From Squalus acanthias (taxonomy: Eukaryota): a stretch of 64,000 nucleotides of DNA. Made by a program: the position numbers and the translations under genes. The stretch lies in contig CM059431.1 in the NCBI GenBank assembly GCA_030390025.1, positions 154,072,001 through 154,136,000 on the forward strand. Reading direction: 5' to 3'. The notes beneath the pieces were generated by a model that was not told the origin of the DNA, searched no databases, and saw only the letters and a list, made by a program, of their open reading frames with translations. Positions 37,870-51,832 of this stretch are shown in pieces. Numbering within the stretch: the first letter of the stretch is position 1; the number at the start of each line of letters is the position of its first letter.

Positions 37870-40215
37870 AAGAATTGTTGGGGCGGTTCAGTTGAAGGGT
37901 AATTTAGAATGTTAAAGAGAAAGTAGAATGTAATAGTGCAGGCTAGCGATAGGGGTAATGATAGCCAGTGTGTGACAGGAGGGTACAGAGCGTTCGGACA
38001 GAAGTGTGCGCCAGCATATAGTTTCACAGTAGGTAAACATATTGTAAAGGAAAAAATAAAACCTCTTTATCTGAATGCACGCAGCATCCGTAACAAGATA
38101 GATGAGTTCACGCAGAAATAGAAATACATGGGTATGATCTGATAGTAATTACAGAGACGTTGTTGAAAGGTGACCAAAGCTGGGAACTGAATATTCAGGA
38201 GTATTTGGCATTTCGGAACGATATCCAGAAAGGAAAATGAGGTGGGGTAGCGCTGTTGAGGATGAGATCAGTGCAGTGGTGAGAAATGATATTGGCTCAG
38301 AAGATCAAGATGTCGAATCAGTATGGGTGGAGATATGAAATAGTAAGGGAAATAAGTCACTGGTAGGAGTAATCTATAGGCATCCTAACATTAGCTACAC
38401 TGTAGGACTAAGTATAAATAAAGCAGTAAAATAAAAATAATATGGGCTTGTAAGAAAGGTACTGCGATAATAATTGGCGATTTTAATTTTCATATAGATT
38501 GAGCAAATCAAAACGGCAAAGCTAGCCTTGAGGACGAGTTCATATAATTTATTCGAGATGGTTTCTTAGAACATTACGTTGTGGAACCCACCAGGGAGCG
38601 GGCAATTTTAGATCTGGTAATGTGTAATGAGACAGGATGAATTAATGATGTCATAGTAAAGAGTGATCATAGCATGAAGAATTTCAAAATCAGTTTGTGG
38701 GCGACAAAACTTGGTCTGAAACATTTCTCCTAAACATAAATAAAGGCTATTACAAAGGTACGAAGTTAGAGTTGGCTGAAGTAGACACAGAAAATAGATT
38801 AAAGGGTAACACGGTAGATAATGAGTGGCAGACATTTAAAGAGATATTTCATAACTCTTAGCAAACGTTTATTCCAGTGAGAACGAAAGCTCCCTGGATT
38901 CTAGAGACATCCCAGTGGATTGGAAAAACGCAAATGTAACGCCCCTATTAAAGAAAGGTGGGAGGCAAAAAGTAGGAAACTGTCGGCCAGTTAGCCTAAC
39001 ATCTGTCATTTGGAAAATGCTGGAATCGATTATTAAGGAAGTAATAGCAGGAGCTATAGAAAATCATAATACAATCAAGCAGAGTCAACATGGTTTTTTG
39101 AAACGGAAATCGTGTTTGACAAATTTACTAGAGTTCTTTGAGGATGTAACGAGCAAGGTGGATAAAGGGGAAACAATAGATGTAGCTAATTTAGATTTCC
39201 AGAAGGCCTTCGACAAGGCGCCACATAAAAGGATACTGCACAAAATAAGAGCTCACGGGGTTGGGTTTAATATAATAGCATGGATAGAGGATTGGCTAAC
39301 TAACAGCAAACAAAGAGTCGGTATATTTGGGTCATTTCCCGGTTGGCAAACTGTAACTAGTGGGATGCCACAGGGATCAGTGCTTGGGCCTCAACTATTT
39401 ACAATCTATATTAATGAATTGCATGAAGGGTCCGTGTGTACTGTAGCCAAATTTGCTGATGATACTAAGATAGGTGGGAAAGCCAATTGTGAGGAGGACA
39501 GAAAGAGTCTGCAAAGGGATATAGATAGGATAAGTGAGTGTGCAAAATGTTTGGCAGATGGAGTAAAATGTGGGAAAATGTGAGGCTATCCACTTTGGTA
39601 GGAAAATAAAAAAAACAATGCATTATTTAAATGCATAGAGCCTACATAATGTTGCACAACAGAGGGATCTCGGGATCCTCTTACATGAAACACAAAAAGT
39701 TAGCATGCAGGTACAGCAAGTAATTAGGAAGGCTAATTGCATGTTGGCTTTTAGTGCAAGGGTGGTGGAGTATAAAAGTAGGGAAGTCTTGCTAAAAATG
39801 TACAGGGCGCTGGCGAGACCACACCTTGAGTACTGCGTACAGTTTTCGTCTCCTTATTTAAGGTGGGATATATTTGCATTGGAGGCAGTTCAGAGACGTT
39901 TTACTCGACTGATTCCTGAGATGAAGGGGTTGTCTTATGAAGAAAGGTTGAGCAGGTTGGGCCTATACTCATTGGAGTTTAGAAGAATGAGAAGTGATCT
40001 TATTGAAACACAGTCGATTCTGAGGGGACTTAATATGGTAGATGCAGGGAGGATGTTTCCCCTCGTGCGGGAATCTGTAACTAGGGGGCACAGTTTCAGG
40101 ATAAAGGGTCGCCCAATTGAAACAGAGATTAGGACGATTTTCTTCTCTCAGAGGGTCGTGAATCCTTGGAATTCTCTACCCCAGAGAGCTGTTGAGGCGG
40201 AGACATTGAATATTT
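37870..40215 (+). mobile_element. CR1 LINE (endonuclease plus RT) with an internal deletion near 38890, degraded
   Basis: YLNARSIRNK endonuclease start; RT ORFs 38915-39583 and 39705-40298. Confidence 0.85.
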
Positions 40216-40519
40216 TCATGCTAGTCTCAGCCTGTGCAGGGTCTAGCATGAATCTAGAATCTGCTCACCTCTGCTCTAAGGCTGATGTGAAATGCTGATT
40301 ATTTTAGATTTCTTCTAAAATCTCTCAAAGTGGTTCATACTTTGCTTGCAATAGCCTGTGACTTGTTAACAAGGGGCCATCATGTGGTCACTTTCAGAAC
40401 TCCCATTTTAAATAGTACATCACATCACTTGAATGAACTGGCGCAAAACTGAAGCCATGAGCTGCAGCCCACCCTTCACATACTGAAGCCTTTTTACTTC
40501 GAAGAAATTCAGGAAAGAA

Positions 40520-41240
40520 TGCACCGTGGCATGGTACATCGGCGAGACCATGCAGACACTGAGACAACGTATGAACGGACACCGCGCAACAATCACCAGG
40601 CAGGAGTGTTCCCTCCCAGTCGGGGAACACTTCAGCAGTCAAGGACATTCAGCCTCGGATCTGCGGGTAAGCGTTCTCCAAGGCAGCCTTAGAAACACAC
40701 GACAACGCAAAATCATCGAGCAGAAACTGATAGCCAAGTTATGCACTCATGAGGACGGTCTCAACCGGGATCTTGGGTTTATCTCACGATACATGACGTG
40801 ATCCAGACTCGAGTCGTCGTTGGCTTGTTCACAGATGTGATTCCCAGTAAAAAAGTAAAAAATTTAAAGTTTATCGTTTTACATACTGACTGCAGCTTTT
40901 GACACGTTAGACACCCTGTAACTCCACCTCATTGTCTCAGTTGTATCTTGCTATGTCTTTGATGTGGGACCTTCCTGGCTGACCTGATTGCCTTTTGTCA
41001 CACCTCGGCAGATAAACAGTCAGGATGATTAAATTTAGTCGTCTACCATTGTAAGGTACACATGCATAGTTCTCTATCTATATATGCTTTGGCGATTCTG
41101 TATCTCTTTACTTCACCCGACGAAGGAGCAACAGCTCCGAAAGCTTGTGATTTCAAATAAAGCTGTTGGACTATAACCTGGTGTTGTGCGACTTCTCATT
41201 TTTGTCCACCCCAGTCCAACACCGGCACCTCCGCATCATG
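40520..41240 (+). mobile_element. Penelope-like element 3' fragment: GIY-YIG endonuclease C-terminus plus terminal repeat
   Basis: WYIGETMQTLRQRMNGH...VGEHF...EQKLI...GLNRD in ORF 40526-40801, followed by a hammerhead-like motif. Confidence 0.88.
41113..41150 (+). ncRNA. Minimal hammerhead motif with variant core (CCGACGA)
   Basis: UCAC-CCGACGA-A-GGAGC-AACA-GCUCC-GAAA-GC-UU-GUGA. Stems I and II intact; core CUGA changed to CCGA. Confidence 0.6.
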
Positions 41241-44059
41241 TTATATTATTAACTTAGACTGGCTGACTACTTATTGCTAATTCTGATATGTACTACCTCT
41301 TGTTGTTTTTCGAACGAATTGCTCCAAAAAATCCTACCATGAATGCATTGAGTAAATTCACTACCTTTCTAATTTGATCTACTCTGCTCTACTTACTCTT
41401 CCTGAAAATTATATTCTCCAATTAAAATAACTCTTATTTTGCAACATGCTTCTCTAATATTTGAACTAGCAGATTCTACCACTCGATTGTTGCAATCAGC
41501 AGGTCTGTCGACAACTCCCATTATAGTTCTACGTCCTCTATTATCCGTAATTTCTAACCAATCTGTCAGCTGATGGATTGCACCTACCTATATCCTCTCT
41601 TACTCATGTTGTAATAGTGTAGTAAATCAATAAGGCTACCTATCCTCCTCTTCCAGTTTCCCTATCCTTACTAAAGGCTTTATAAGCTAGCATATTGAAA
41701 TCCAAATCCTGACCATCTTGCGGCGATCTCTCAGTAATGGACAACAAATCACACCCTCGAAGCTGTATTTCACCTCAAATATACTCAATCTATTTCTTAT
41801 ACTACTTTAGTTATTTGAGGATACCTTTCGTTTGTAGAATCTATAACAATGTTTGTGACCTGAACTTTGCTTTGATCACTTTTTAAAATGAATGAATTAT
41901 ATTTTTACTGCTCTGTCCGACGTACTCCTTCTCCCATCTTTTAGTTTACAATCCTTATATTCCGCCTGGTCATCATTTCCGCTTAGACTTTGATCCCATC
42001 CCGATTCAGCAGCAGCCCGGCCCAATGGTACACATCCTCCGTGCCCTGGTACTGTTGCCGGTGTCCCACGCAATCGAACCCTTCCTTCCCTTAAATGCAC
42101 CTTTTGCCACTGGCTCATTTTCCTGGTCCGTTTTTCCCGTTGCTCATCAGCACGTGGCTCCGGTAATAACCCTAAAATTAACACCCGTCATGTTCTGCGT
42201 TTTAATTTATATCCGAAGTCCTGATACTGCCTCTACTGGAATTTCTACACTTTCTAACCTTTGTCATTGGTATCGTCCTGAACCCCAACAACTAGATCTT
42301 CCCCTTATTTTCCAAATTCCTTTTCAGAAGCATGGACCAATCCCTAACCCTGGCATCATGTAGGCAAAACTTCCTTCAGGACTCTAGATCGTGGCTACAG
42401 AGGATGCAATCTATCCTCCTAATTTTTGACTCCCTTTTAAGTAAGAAGTTTCATATCTGCTCCGCCCGTCTGCCTAGATCATCATTGCGGCTGCCCTCCC
42501 CGCAGTCGTTCTCCTTAGCCTGACAGGTATTAAGTACATCATACTCGTTGCATTGGACCAATGTCTGCGGGCCGTCATCCTCCGTCTCCCCTCAGTTCCC
42601 CGTACCCTGCTGGAAGTCACGCTTTCCCTTTCCTGCACCTGTGCTTTACTCTGAGCTGTGACGATGCACTGTCACTGCTATTTCTAGTTTTCATCATAGA
42701 ATAATGTAGTACGAAAAGAGGCCAGTAGTCTCATCGGGTTTGTGCCAGCTATTTGGTAGGGATTTCATTTATCCCACTCCACTTCTCTATCAGCATAGCC
42801 CTGTATTATTTTCCTTCATGTATTTATCCAATTCCTTTGAGAAAGTCACTATGTAATCTTCTTCCACCTCAATTTCATACAGTGCATTCAAGATCGAAAT
42901 AACTCGCTGCATATAAAGATGTTTCCTCATGCAGCCTCTGCTTTTTGCCTATCATCTGAAACTGTGTTTTCTTTTTATCAACTATTTTGCCACTGCAATT
43001 ACTTTCACCTTATTTACACTATCAAAACCGTTCATTGTTTTGAACAATTCTGTAAGATTTTAGTGATCTCTGAGTTCTTGGACAAGATACCAATAGGCAG
43101 CAGCCAGTATGTTTGAGCAATAGATAAAGATTTATTAAGCATACAGCGTAATATACTGAACATGAGGCGATATTTTTAACGAGTAGCTCGCAGCCGTTGG
43201 TCTCTGGAACCTCTCGGAGGCAGATGACGTCGTCTTCAGGCTGTTCCTTTGTTCTCGCCGTACGGCTGTGTAAAGTTGTTCTTTGAGTATCGAGGTTTCA
43301 ACCCTTTTCTTATCAACAGTTCGTTTGGCCAGTGTCCACATATGGTGTTTAATAAAATAACCTTTTATAATTCGTTCTAATGGTCAAAATGCCATTGTCA
43401 ATCAGACTAAGGTCGCATCCCGCCTTTCCAGTATTTTTCCACCAACTTTGCCATGTTCAGTGTTTTCTTGCTTATAGTTTTTCAACCCATTGGAATTTAC
43501 TTTATCTCTTTCATTTCTAGCTTCCCTGGTACAAGGCCTTTATATCAAGGACCCATATCAGCGCTGTTTCATTCGTCTTGAGGTATCCAAGCTATCTTAC
43601 TTTAATCTACCAGGTAAATACCTTATCCCCATGATCTCTCTCAATTTATTTCCTTATACTAATTATCCTATAAATATCATTGCAATTAGTTTTGGTAACC
43701 GAATTCTAAATTCTATAACGCATTATAATATGTTATTTAATTATTTAACCTTCACTCGCAGTCTATGGCTATTTGTTATCAAAACTTAGTCAAAACTGCT
43801 TTTGACTGTCTGCAGCTACATTTTGTACGAGTCTTACCTTTTTAAGTTACACAGGAGTTATTATGGGTAATATTATTTGATCAATGGCTACACTTGTAGT
43901 TATACATAAATGATTCTCGTCTACTAAATATCTTTGAATATCAGCCTTTCGTACACTTCTATCAAATCCCCTGGGAACATTATCTGTTCTAAGTGGATTA
44001 AACTTAGCTTCTACAATACAATGCATACATTATTGCGAATCTGACAGATGTTGATGTTG

Positions 44060-46350
44060 ATTCACAGAATATCAGGAATTCTGCTAGGTGTGTATGTGCT
44101 TCCACAGTTTATCGGGAATGTGCCATGTACTCGTGGGGTTTCCCAGTGTGTCTGATGCTACCAGGTGAGTATGTGGATTGAGAGTGGATCAGCATCCGAC
44201 CAGGTGTGTATGGAGTTTCAGAGAGTATCAGGATCCTGCCAGGATGTTATGGGGTTTCACAGTGTATTAGGATCCTGCCAGGTGTGTATGGGGTTTCACA
44301 GTCTATCAGGATCCTGCCAAGGTGTGTATGGGGTTTCACAGTCTATCAGGATTCTGTCAGGTTTTGTATGGGGTTTCTCAGTGTATCAGTATCCTGACAG
44401 GTATGTCCTAAGTTTCACAGTGTATCGGGATCCTGCCGGTGTGATTGGGGTTTCTTAGTGCATTAGGAAAATGCCATGAATGCACGGGTGTGAAGGAATG
44501 TACTATAGCATTTTTAGAAAAATACACTATTCATGAAAGAATTCTGGCTATTGAGATAAGTCAGTTGTTGACCCTGAATAAATTACCTTATTGAAATAGA
44601 AGAAGGGATTGCTCAGAGTAGCTGAACTTTTGGGAACAGCACAATAGTTACCACTGAATATGTGATGTAAATTAAAGTTCGTAAAGATGGCACGTAAGAT
44701 AAGGAACATCTGCCCTCGTAAAGGTGAAATCTAAATTAAGGGGCACCGGCCTTTCACACCTTTTATATGGTGAACCCAGAACACCTGGAGATGCCACAGA
44801 TTCTGGAATATTACAAGCTGATGTGGCAGTAAGGTATTCTAGAGGTCAGCAGAAAGATGAATAGTGATAATTGATTTGTATCAGCAGAAACATTAAACGA
44901 AATACAATTTAAAAATTGTATAAATATTGAAGTCCCAATTCGCTTTAATCGGGCAATGAGATTCTCGACTGAGGAGGCAGCTCTGACGTCTTCCACTCTT
45001 TGTACCTCGGGTATCAACGGTATTTTGATATTGATGGATATCCTGTATCGAAAACTTTAAGAACTGTAATACTGTAGCGAAGTTAAGATTTAAAAGGTAG
45101 ATTCTCTGTTAAAAAGACCGTATTTTTTCTATTTTTAGAATTGTTAATGTTGTGATTGACTGATTCAACAAATGTAAATTGCATGTAGGTTCATCTAATA
45201 AATCTCTATATATTTTTAGAATTGTCTCACGTAAGTCTTCTGTATCAATAACTCACAAACTCTTTGGTGAAGAGTTACATTTCTGCAGGGAGTTCTCCGG
45301 ACCATCATAATATCCGGGATGTTACCATCTATCTAAACGTATTAAAATTGCTATCAGGAGGACGGTAGTATTCTCGGGTTATTCCTTTCCTTTAGGGAGA
45401 GAGAGCTCAGATCTTTAGACCCAGTTAAGCGTCTTTCGGATTCGGCTACCACAAACTTTAATTGAAAGTGAACATCTGAGAAATGCGCCTGATCCGGGAT
45501 ACTCCCAAAAGGGCTGAGACTAGTACATATCCTTTCACGGGGTTTCACATTTTATCGGGATCATGTCAGGTATCTTCGGATTCAACAGTGTATTAGGATC
45601 CTGCCAGGTATGTATGGGTTTTCAAAGTGTATCAGGAACCTGCCATTTGTGTCTGTGGTTTTGATTGTAACGCGATTCTGCGAAATATATATGGGGTTTT
45701 AAAGTTTATCATGATCCTACCATATGTTTAACGGTTTTTACTGTAAATGGCGATCCTGCCAGATGTGTATGGGCTTTCACAGTGCATCGGCATCCTGCCA
45801 GGTGTGCAAGGGTTTCACAGTGTATCGGGATCCTGCCCGGTGTGCTTGTGTTTCGCAGTGTATCTGGATCCTGCCAGATGTGCAAGGATTTCACAGTGCA
45901 TCGGGATCCTGCCAGGTGTGCAAGGATTTCACAGTATTTCGGGATCGTGCCAGGTGTGTATGGAATTTCACAGTGTATCGGGATCCTGCCTGGTGTGCAA
46001 GGGTTTCACATTGTATCGTGATCCTGACAGGTGTGTATGGGTTATCACAATGTTTCAGGATCCTGCCAGGTGGTATGGGGTTTCACAGTGCATCAGGATC
46101 CAACCAAATGTGCAAAGGTTTCACATTGTATTAGGATCCTGCCAGGTGTTTATGGGGTTTCACAGTGTATCAGTAACGAGCAACTTATGTATGATGTTTC
46201 ACTTTATATCGGTTTCCAGCCAGGTGTGCACGGTGTTTCACACAATAACAGGTATCTGCAAGAAATGTATGGGGTTTCAGAGTGTATTAGGATTCTGCCA
46301 GATTTGTATGAAGTTTCGCATTCTATTGAATCCTGCCAGGTATGTATTGG
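44060..46350 (+). repeat. 39-bp minisatellite (GGGTTTCACAGTGTATCGGGATCCTGCCAGGTGTGTATG-like), interrupted by non-repeat DNA at ~44480-45530
   Basis: GGATCCTGCCA recurs every 39 bp (e.g. 44231, 44270). The 13-codon period explains the repetitive ORFs. Confidence 0.92.
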
Positions 46351-46384
46351 GTTATCAGAACCCAATCAGTTTCTGTCCCTGACA

Positions 46385-46685
46385 CAATACCGAGCGGCTA
46401 TTATCACAATCACAAAAGACATTCTTTGTGAAAGTGACAAAAGGTAAATTATCTCTCCTCGTCCTTCTCGACCTGACTGCAGCCTTTGACACGGTTGACC
46501 ACTCCATCTTCCTACAACGCCTCTCCACCGTCGTCCAGCTGGGTGGGACTGCAATCGTCTGGTTCCATTCTTATCTATCTAATCGCAGCCAGAGAATCAC
46601 TTGCAATGGCTTTTGTTCCCGCTTCCGCACCGTTACCTCTTATGCATCCCCCTCCCAGGGAACTATCCTTGGCCCCCTCCTCACA
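46385..46685 (+). mobile_element. L2-clade LINE RT fragment
   Basis: LLVLLDLTAAFDTVDHSIFLQRL...WFHSYLSNRSQ...QGTILGPLL. Confidence 0.85.
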
Positions 46686-46699
46686 TAGTCAATTCATTT

Positions 46700-47660
46700 A
46701 ATCCCATCCCCCCGCTCTATCCTCGTAGCTCTGCAAGCTTATTTCTCTGAAGTGCCTATCCAGTTTCCCCTGAAATACATTGAGTGTCTCCACTTCCAGC
46801 ATTTCATTTGGCAGCGAGTTCCAGGTCCTCAACACTCGCTGAGTAATAAAGTTTTTCTCACATCCTCCCTGTATCGCTTTCCGAAAACATTGAATCTGTG
46901 TCCCCTAGACCTTGTATCATCAATTAGTGGGAACAGCCTTTCCCAGTCTAGCCTACAAACCCCATCATATTCTTGTACACCTCTATCAAATCACCCCTCA
47001 ACCTAGTTTGCTCTAATGAGAACAAATCTAGCTTTTCCAACCTGTCCCTTTAGCTAACATTCCTCATCTCTGGAACCATTCTCAAGGGCATTCACATATT
47101 TCCTAATGTTTGGTGACCAGAACTGTACACAATACTCCAGTTGTTGCTTAAGCAGCGTTTTACAAAGGTTCAGCATAACGTCTTTACCTCTTGTACTGAA
47201 TACATCTAGTTATGAAGTCCGATATTCCATATGCTTTGTTAACCACTCTCTCAATATGTCCTGCCACATTCAGGGACCTATTCACATTAACTCTCAGATC
47301 CCTCTGTCCCTGCACACTCTTAAAAATTGTACCATTAAATGTTTATTGCATCTCCCTGTTCCTTCTGCCAAAATGCATCACCTCACACTTCTCTGTATTC
47401 AATTAAATTTGCCACTTTTCTGCCCGTTCTGCTAGCCTTTCTATATCCTATTGCAGTAGATTGGTAGCATCATCACTTTTTGCCACACACCGAAGTTTGA
47501 TGTCTTTGGAAAATTTAGAAATTCTACTCTGTATTCCAATATCCAGGTCATTTATATATATATATCAAAAAAAGCAGTGGCCCCAACACTGACCCTTGGG
47601 GAACACCACTGTCTACCATCCTCCAGTCTGAAAAACAGCTATTTACCACATCTCGTCCTT
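46700..47660 (-). mobile_element. CR1 LINE 3' part, degraded
   Basis: Reverse-strand CR1 RT C-terminal sequence resembling 62600-63560. Confidence 0.8.
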
Positions 47661-47664
47661 TCGC

Positions 47665-48520
47665 AGAGTTCAGTTCCATTCGCTACTGCTCAGAAAATGA
47701 AGCATTCTATGGCCACATGCAGCAAGACCTGGACGCCATTAAGGCTTGCGATAAGTGGCAAGTAATATTCGCGCCACACAAGTTCCAGGCAATGACTATG
47801 TCCAACGTGAGAGCATCTAACGATCGCCCTTTGACATTCAATGCCATTACATCTTGGCAGTGGACCATTGACCAGAAACTTAACTTGACCAGCCAGCTAA
47901 ATATGTGGCTACACTGCAGGTTTGAGGCTGGTTATTCTGCGGTGAGCGTCTCACCTAAAGGCAGAAGTCAGGAGTGTGTTGGAATACTCTCTAATTACCT
48001 GGATGAGTGCAGCTGTAACAACACTCAAGAAACTCGACACAACCAGTACAAATCAGCCCGTTTCATCGGCACTCTATCCAACATCTTAAACTTTCACTCG
48101 CTCCACCACCGGCGCACCGTGGCTGTAGTGTATGCCATCTAAAAGATGCACTGCAGCTCGCCAGGGCTTCTGCGACACCATCTCCCAAACTGGCGACCAC
48201 CACTATCGAGAATGACAATGGCAGCTGTCACATGAGAATATCATCACCACCAAGTTACGCTCCAAGTCACACAACATCCTGACTTAGAAATATATCGTCA
48301 TTCCTTTATAGTCGCTGGGAGAAATATGTCCTCATTCCTTCATCGTCGCTGGGTCAAAATCCTGGAACTCCATCCATAACAGCACTGTTGGAGTACCTTC
48401 ACCACACGGACTGCAGCGGTTAAAAGGCGGCTCACCACCACCTTCTCAAGGGCAATTCGGGGTTTACAATAAATGACGGCCTTACCATTGACGCCAACAT
48501 CCCTTTAGCGAATGAAAACA
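47665..48520 (+). mobile_element. HER1-like LINE 3' part
   Basis: MQQDLDAI...DKWQVIFAPHK and the same 3' terminal motif as ~37500-37600. Confidence 0.75.
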
Positions 48521-48549
48521 AATAATTGAAAATGTAGATGGGATATGCA

Positions 48550-49325
48550 AAGCGTTAGAGTAAGCTTGTCTATTGAGCCCGCAGAGGGACAGATTACCCA
48601 GATGCAATTGGGCCTGTAGAGGCTGAGCTTACCTTGGACTATGCAGAGGTTCAAAGTCCCTGGCCTATTTCATCTGTAGATGTTTTAAGTGCCGTAGGTT
48701 ATATAGAGATCCAGGGTACCTTGGGATATTGGGCCTGCAGGGGGTCAGAGTGACCAGCAATTATGAACTTGCAGAGTGTCAGGCTCCCATAATCTACAGA
48801 GAATCAATGTGTCCTTGGCTACAGGAAGGTAGATGGACTATTTATTCTGTAGAGGTTCAGAATACCTGCGGCTATTGGGACTGTAGAAGCTCAGAGTATC
48901 TTGGGCCATAGGGTTGCTACGCGATAAGTGTATCCTGGGCAAACGAGCCTGCAGAGGCTCAAAGTACCATGGGGTATTGTGCGTGTATAGTTTATGAGTA
49001 CCCTGGGCTATGTAGAGGGTCAGATTTGCCTGGGCTATGCAACGGGTCAGAGTGCCCTGGTCTATGCAGATCATCAGCGTTCCATCGGCTACTGGGATTG
49101 TAGAGGGTCAGAGTAGCATGGACAACATAGACGATCAGATGCCATGGAATCATGTGTATGTAGAGGTTTAGAGTACCTGTGCTGTTGAGCCCACACAATA
49201 TCAGAGTACCCTGGGCTATTGACCCGACAGTGGGTCGGAATACCCTGCGCTATTGGGCCTACAGCGGCTCAGAGTAACCCGGGCAATTGAGCCTACAGAG
49301 GATACGAGTACCCTGGACTATGCAG
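48550..49325 (-). repeat. 34-bp minisatellite, reverse complement of 12490-13875
   Basis: TCAGAGTACCCTGGGCTATTG-like units at 49201, 49235 and 49269 (period 34). Confidence 0.85.
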
Positions 49326-49714
49326 CGTTAGTTGATAGCCACATAGAGAGACAGCAGAGTTTCAGGTCCGCCCCTTTTGTAGAGGGGCTATCAATCAGCC
49401 ATGCCTCACTCTCCTGATCCCTATCTCGTTGCCACTGCTTAAAACTGCAATTGAGTTGCTGTCATTCCGGAATGCATCGGCTCGAATTTACTCTCCCTCA
49501 CAGAACATGTGGTGTAGTTTAACACTAAAGAATAATCGGAAGAGGGACTGCACGTGTTTCAGCTTCAGTTGGATCCGGGCCATTTGGTGATAGACTAACC
49601 TTCTGAGTGGAGGGGAGGAAACTAATTAAAGATGTATATGTATACATTTTGGCCCGCTTTTGGTGAGTGTCCATCTTTCCAGAGACTTCAGGACATTGTC
49701 GACGCCGGTAATCC

Positions 49715-49885
49715 ATTGTGCTGTCCAGCACATCGGGCAGAACTCCACAGCTCTTCTTTCAAATTGTGCCATTGGATCATTTAAATCCAGCTGAGAAGGG
49801 AGACATGGCCTCGATTTAATATCTAATCCAAGAGACTGCTGACAATTCAGCGCTCCCTCAGAACTGCGCTGAAGTGTCAGCAAAT
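49715..49885 (-). mobile_element. Deu-domain SINE remnant (SacSINE1/AmnSINE1-like)
   Basis: - strand GCTGACACTTCAGCGCAGTTCTGAGGGAGCGCTG...TTAAATCGAGGCC...GATCCAATGGCACAATTTGAAAGAAGAGC resembles the Deu core as I recall it. Confidence 0.55.
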
Positions 49886-51133
49886 ATACATCGCTCCCCT
49901 TCGGTAGCCTTTTCTCCAACTTGCCACAATATTACCGAGAAGAACTGACCTCTGAGTCACTTCTACAACTGAACTCACAGAGGTACAGCCCGTATCTACT
50001 AGACACTTCGTGTAACTCAGTAAGACGCTCCACCTGTGACTCCTGTTTCTCTCTGTCAGACCTGCAGGATGCCACCAAAATCAGTTTATTATACACTTTA
50101 TTTGTTACCTGAGCAGTCTAGCACTGGCTATTGAATGATTACATTCTGAACAGTACGATCCACAATCCCTTTCTACCTTGCATAAATCAATCAGTGTACG
50201 CACATGTAATTCAGTCTCAATTGCAAATGGCGTTTATTTTATTATTATTTCAATAATTCGTGGATTTGATGTTTTTGTAACATATTAAAAATTCTTATGT
50301 CTCTATGCAGGTACATTATACATTCTGATGTCCACATTTCTAATTGATATGGATATAGATCTTAAGCTTTAATTACACCTTCTGGCCAGTGACAGCGCTG
50401 CAGCGCCTCCCGATTACATTTTCCATCTCCTTGCAGAGAAATCCCATGGCATCAGTGAACGCTATCCCTCTGCAAGTTAAATTATCTATAGGTTTGTTAT
50501 TATGTATCAAATGTAATATCAATTCAAACTATTGATACAAAAATAAGGACAGAATGCACACCTTTAAAATTGGGACTGAATTTAATCTGTCCAGCCCTGG
50601 TAATAATTCCAGTTCACTTCAGGAGTTCGACTTCACGGCAACATTCTTGCCTCTGAGACACAAGGTGCAGAGTTCCATCACCAATCGCAGCGAGCTGAGA
50701 CCTGACATTCGGCTCTGAATTCTGTGACAACAGCCAGCGGATACTCCTCATTGAATAGCAGAACCATTACCGGTACATGTTGCCGTAAACAATGGGAGCA
50801 GTGGCTGTGATCTATAATTGTTGAGCTCATTGTTGAGTCCGGAAGGTGGCAAAGTGCCGAATCAAAAAATGACGTGCTATTCCTGGAGCTGCTGATGAGC
50901 TTCATTGCCCGAGTACAAAGAGGTCACATGGGGATGGAGAATTAAAATGGCAAGCGACCGGAAGCTCAGGGTCATACTTGCGGAGAGAACAGATGTGTTT
51001 ACCAAAGTGAATACTGATTCTGGACTTGGCCTCCCCACTGTAGCGGAGACCACATTGTTCAAAAATGCAACTGATTCAATAGCGTACCACCTAATTAACA
51101 TATATGCTTAAAACACGCACGATAAGCATTCCC

Positions 51134-51221
51134 TTATTCTGTAATTACAATCAAATGATCCGATACATGGACCGACTTCAGGATTTTCATTCCTTCGGCA
51201 GAGAATTAATTGTTTGTCAAA
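51134..51221 (-). pseudogene. NLR copy 3, terminal exon (early TAA)
   Basis: tttttcag acceptor; translates SLTNN*FSAEGMKILKSVHVSDHLIVITE*. 88 nt, like 6713-6800. Confidence 0.7.
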
Positions 51222-51466
51222 CTGAAAAATATTAAAATAATGAAAAAAATAATTATCGATCAGGAGTGGGATCTTCCGCTCACTGTGAGTAGCGGTATTA
51301 TTAAATTCATTCAAAATAAATGTATTTACTCATGTGAAGGAGATAAATTCCTCACAAAATAATTATTTCATTTTTTCCATATCTCGTCCATCAAACTAAA
51401 ATACCGAAAATACATTTTACATGTGAAAGAAGATTTAATTAATAAATTGTTAACTCGGAAAATCAC

Positions 51467-51658
51467 CTGATTTCCGTGAGATTTGTTCTGCTCTGGATGA
51501 GATGGAGCAAAGACGGAACAGAATTGTCAGTCAGTCTGTTGGCCTGTTCGCCATCCTGACTTTCGTTACTCAGATCCAGCTACACCAGTGAAACATTTTC
51601 ACGGAGGGCAGAGACCAGATTTTCCACACAATCATCTGTGAGTTCGTTTGCTTTTAAC
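51467..51658 (-). pseudogene. NLR copy 3, double-LRR exon (192 nt) with in-frame TAG
   Basis: Translates LKANELTDDCVENLVSALRENVSLV*LDLSNESQDGEQANRLTDNSV. TAG at 51580-51582 where copy 1 has GAG. Canonical splice sites. Confidence 0.88.
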
Positions 51659-51832
51659 CTGCAGTGATCGAAAAATAAGCAGACATTATATAAAACGCTC
51701 ACACGTTATTATTTCCGTCAAAATGTAAATTGAAAAGTGTTTGCCTGATCATCATTCTCACACTAATTAGAATTATTATAGATAAATAACTTTCTAGATG
51801 TACAGTTCGATATTTTAAACATAATTTCTCAC

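Noticed and set aside
43135..43341. Possible exon of NLR copy 2
   Set aside because: No recognisable motif, no counterpart near copy 3, and no convincing splice pair.
45724..46447. Cys/Gly-rich repetitive ORFs, or a CRISPR-like array
   Set aside because: A 39-bp tandem minisatellite open in several frames. No unique spacers, no cas genes, eukaryotic context.
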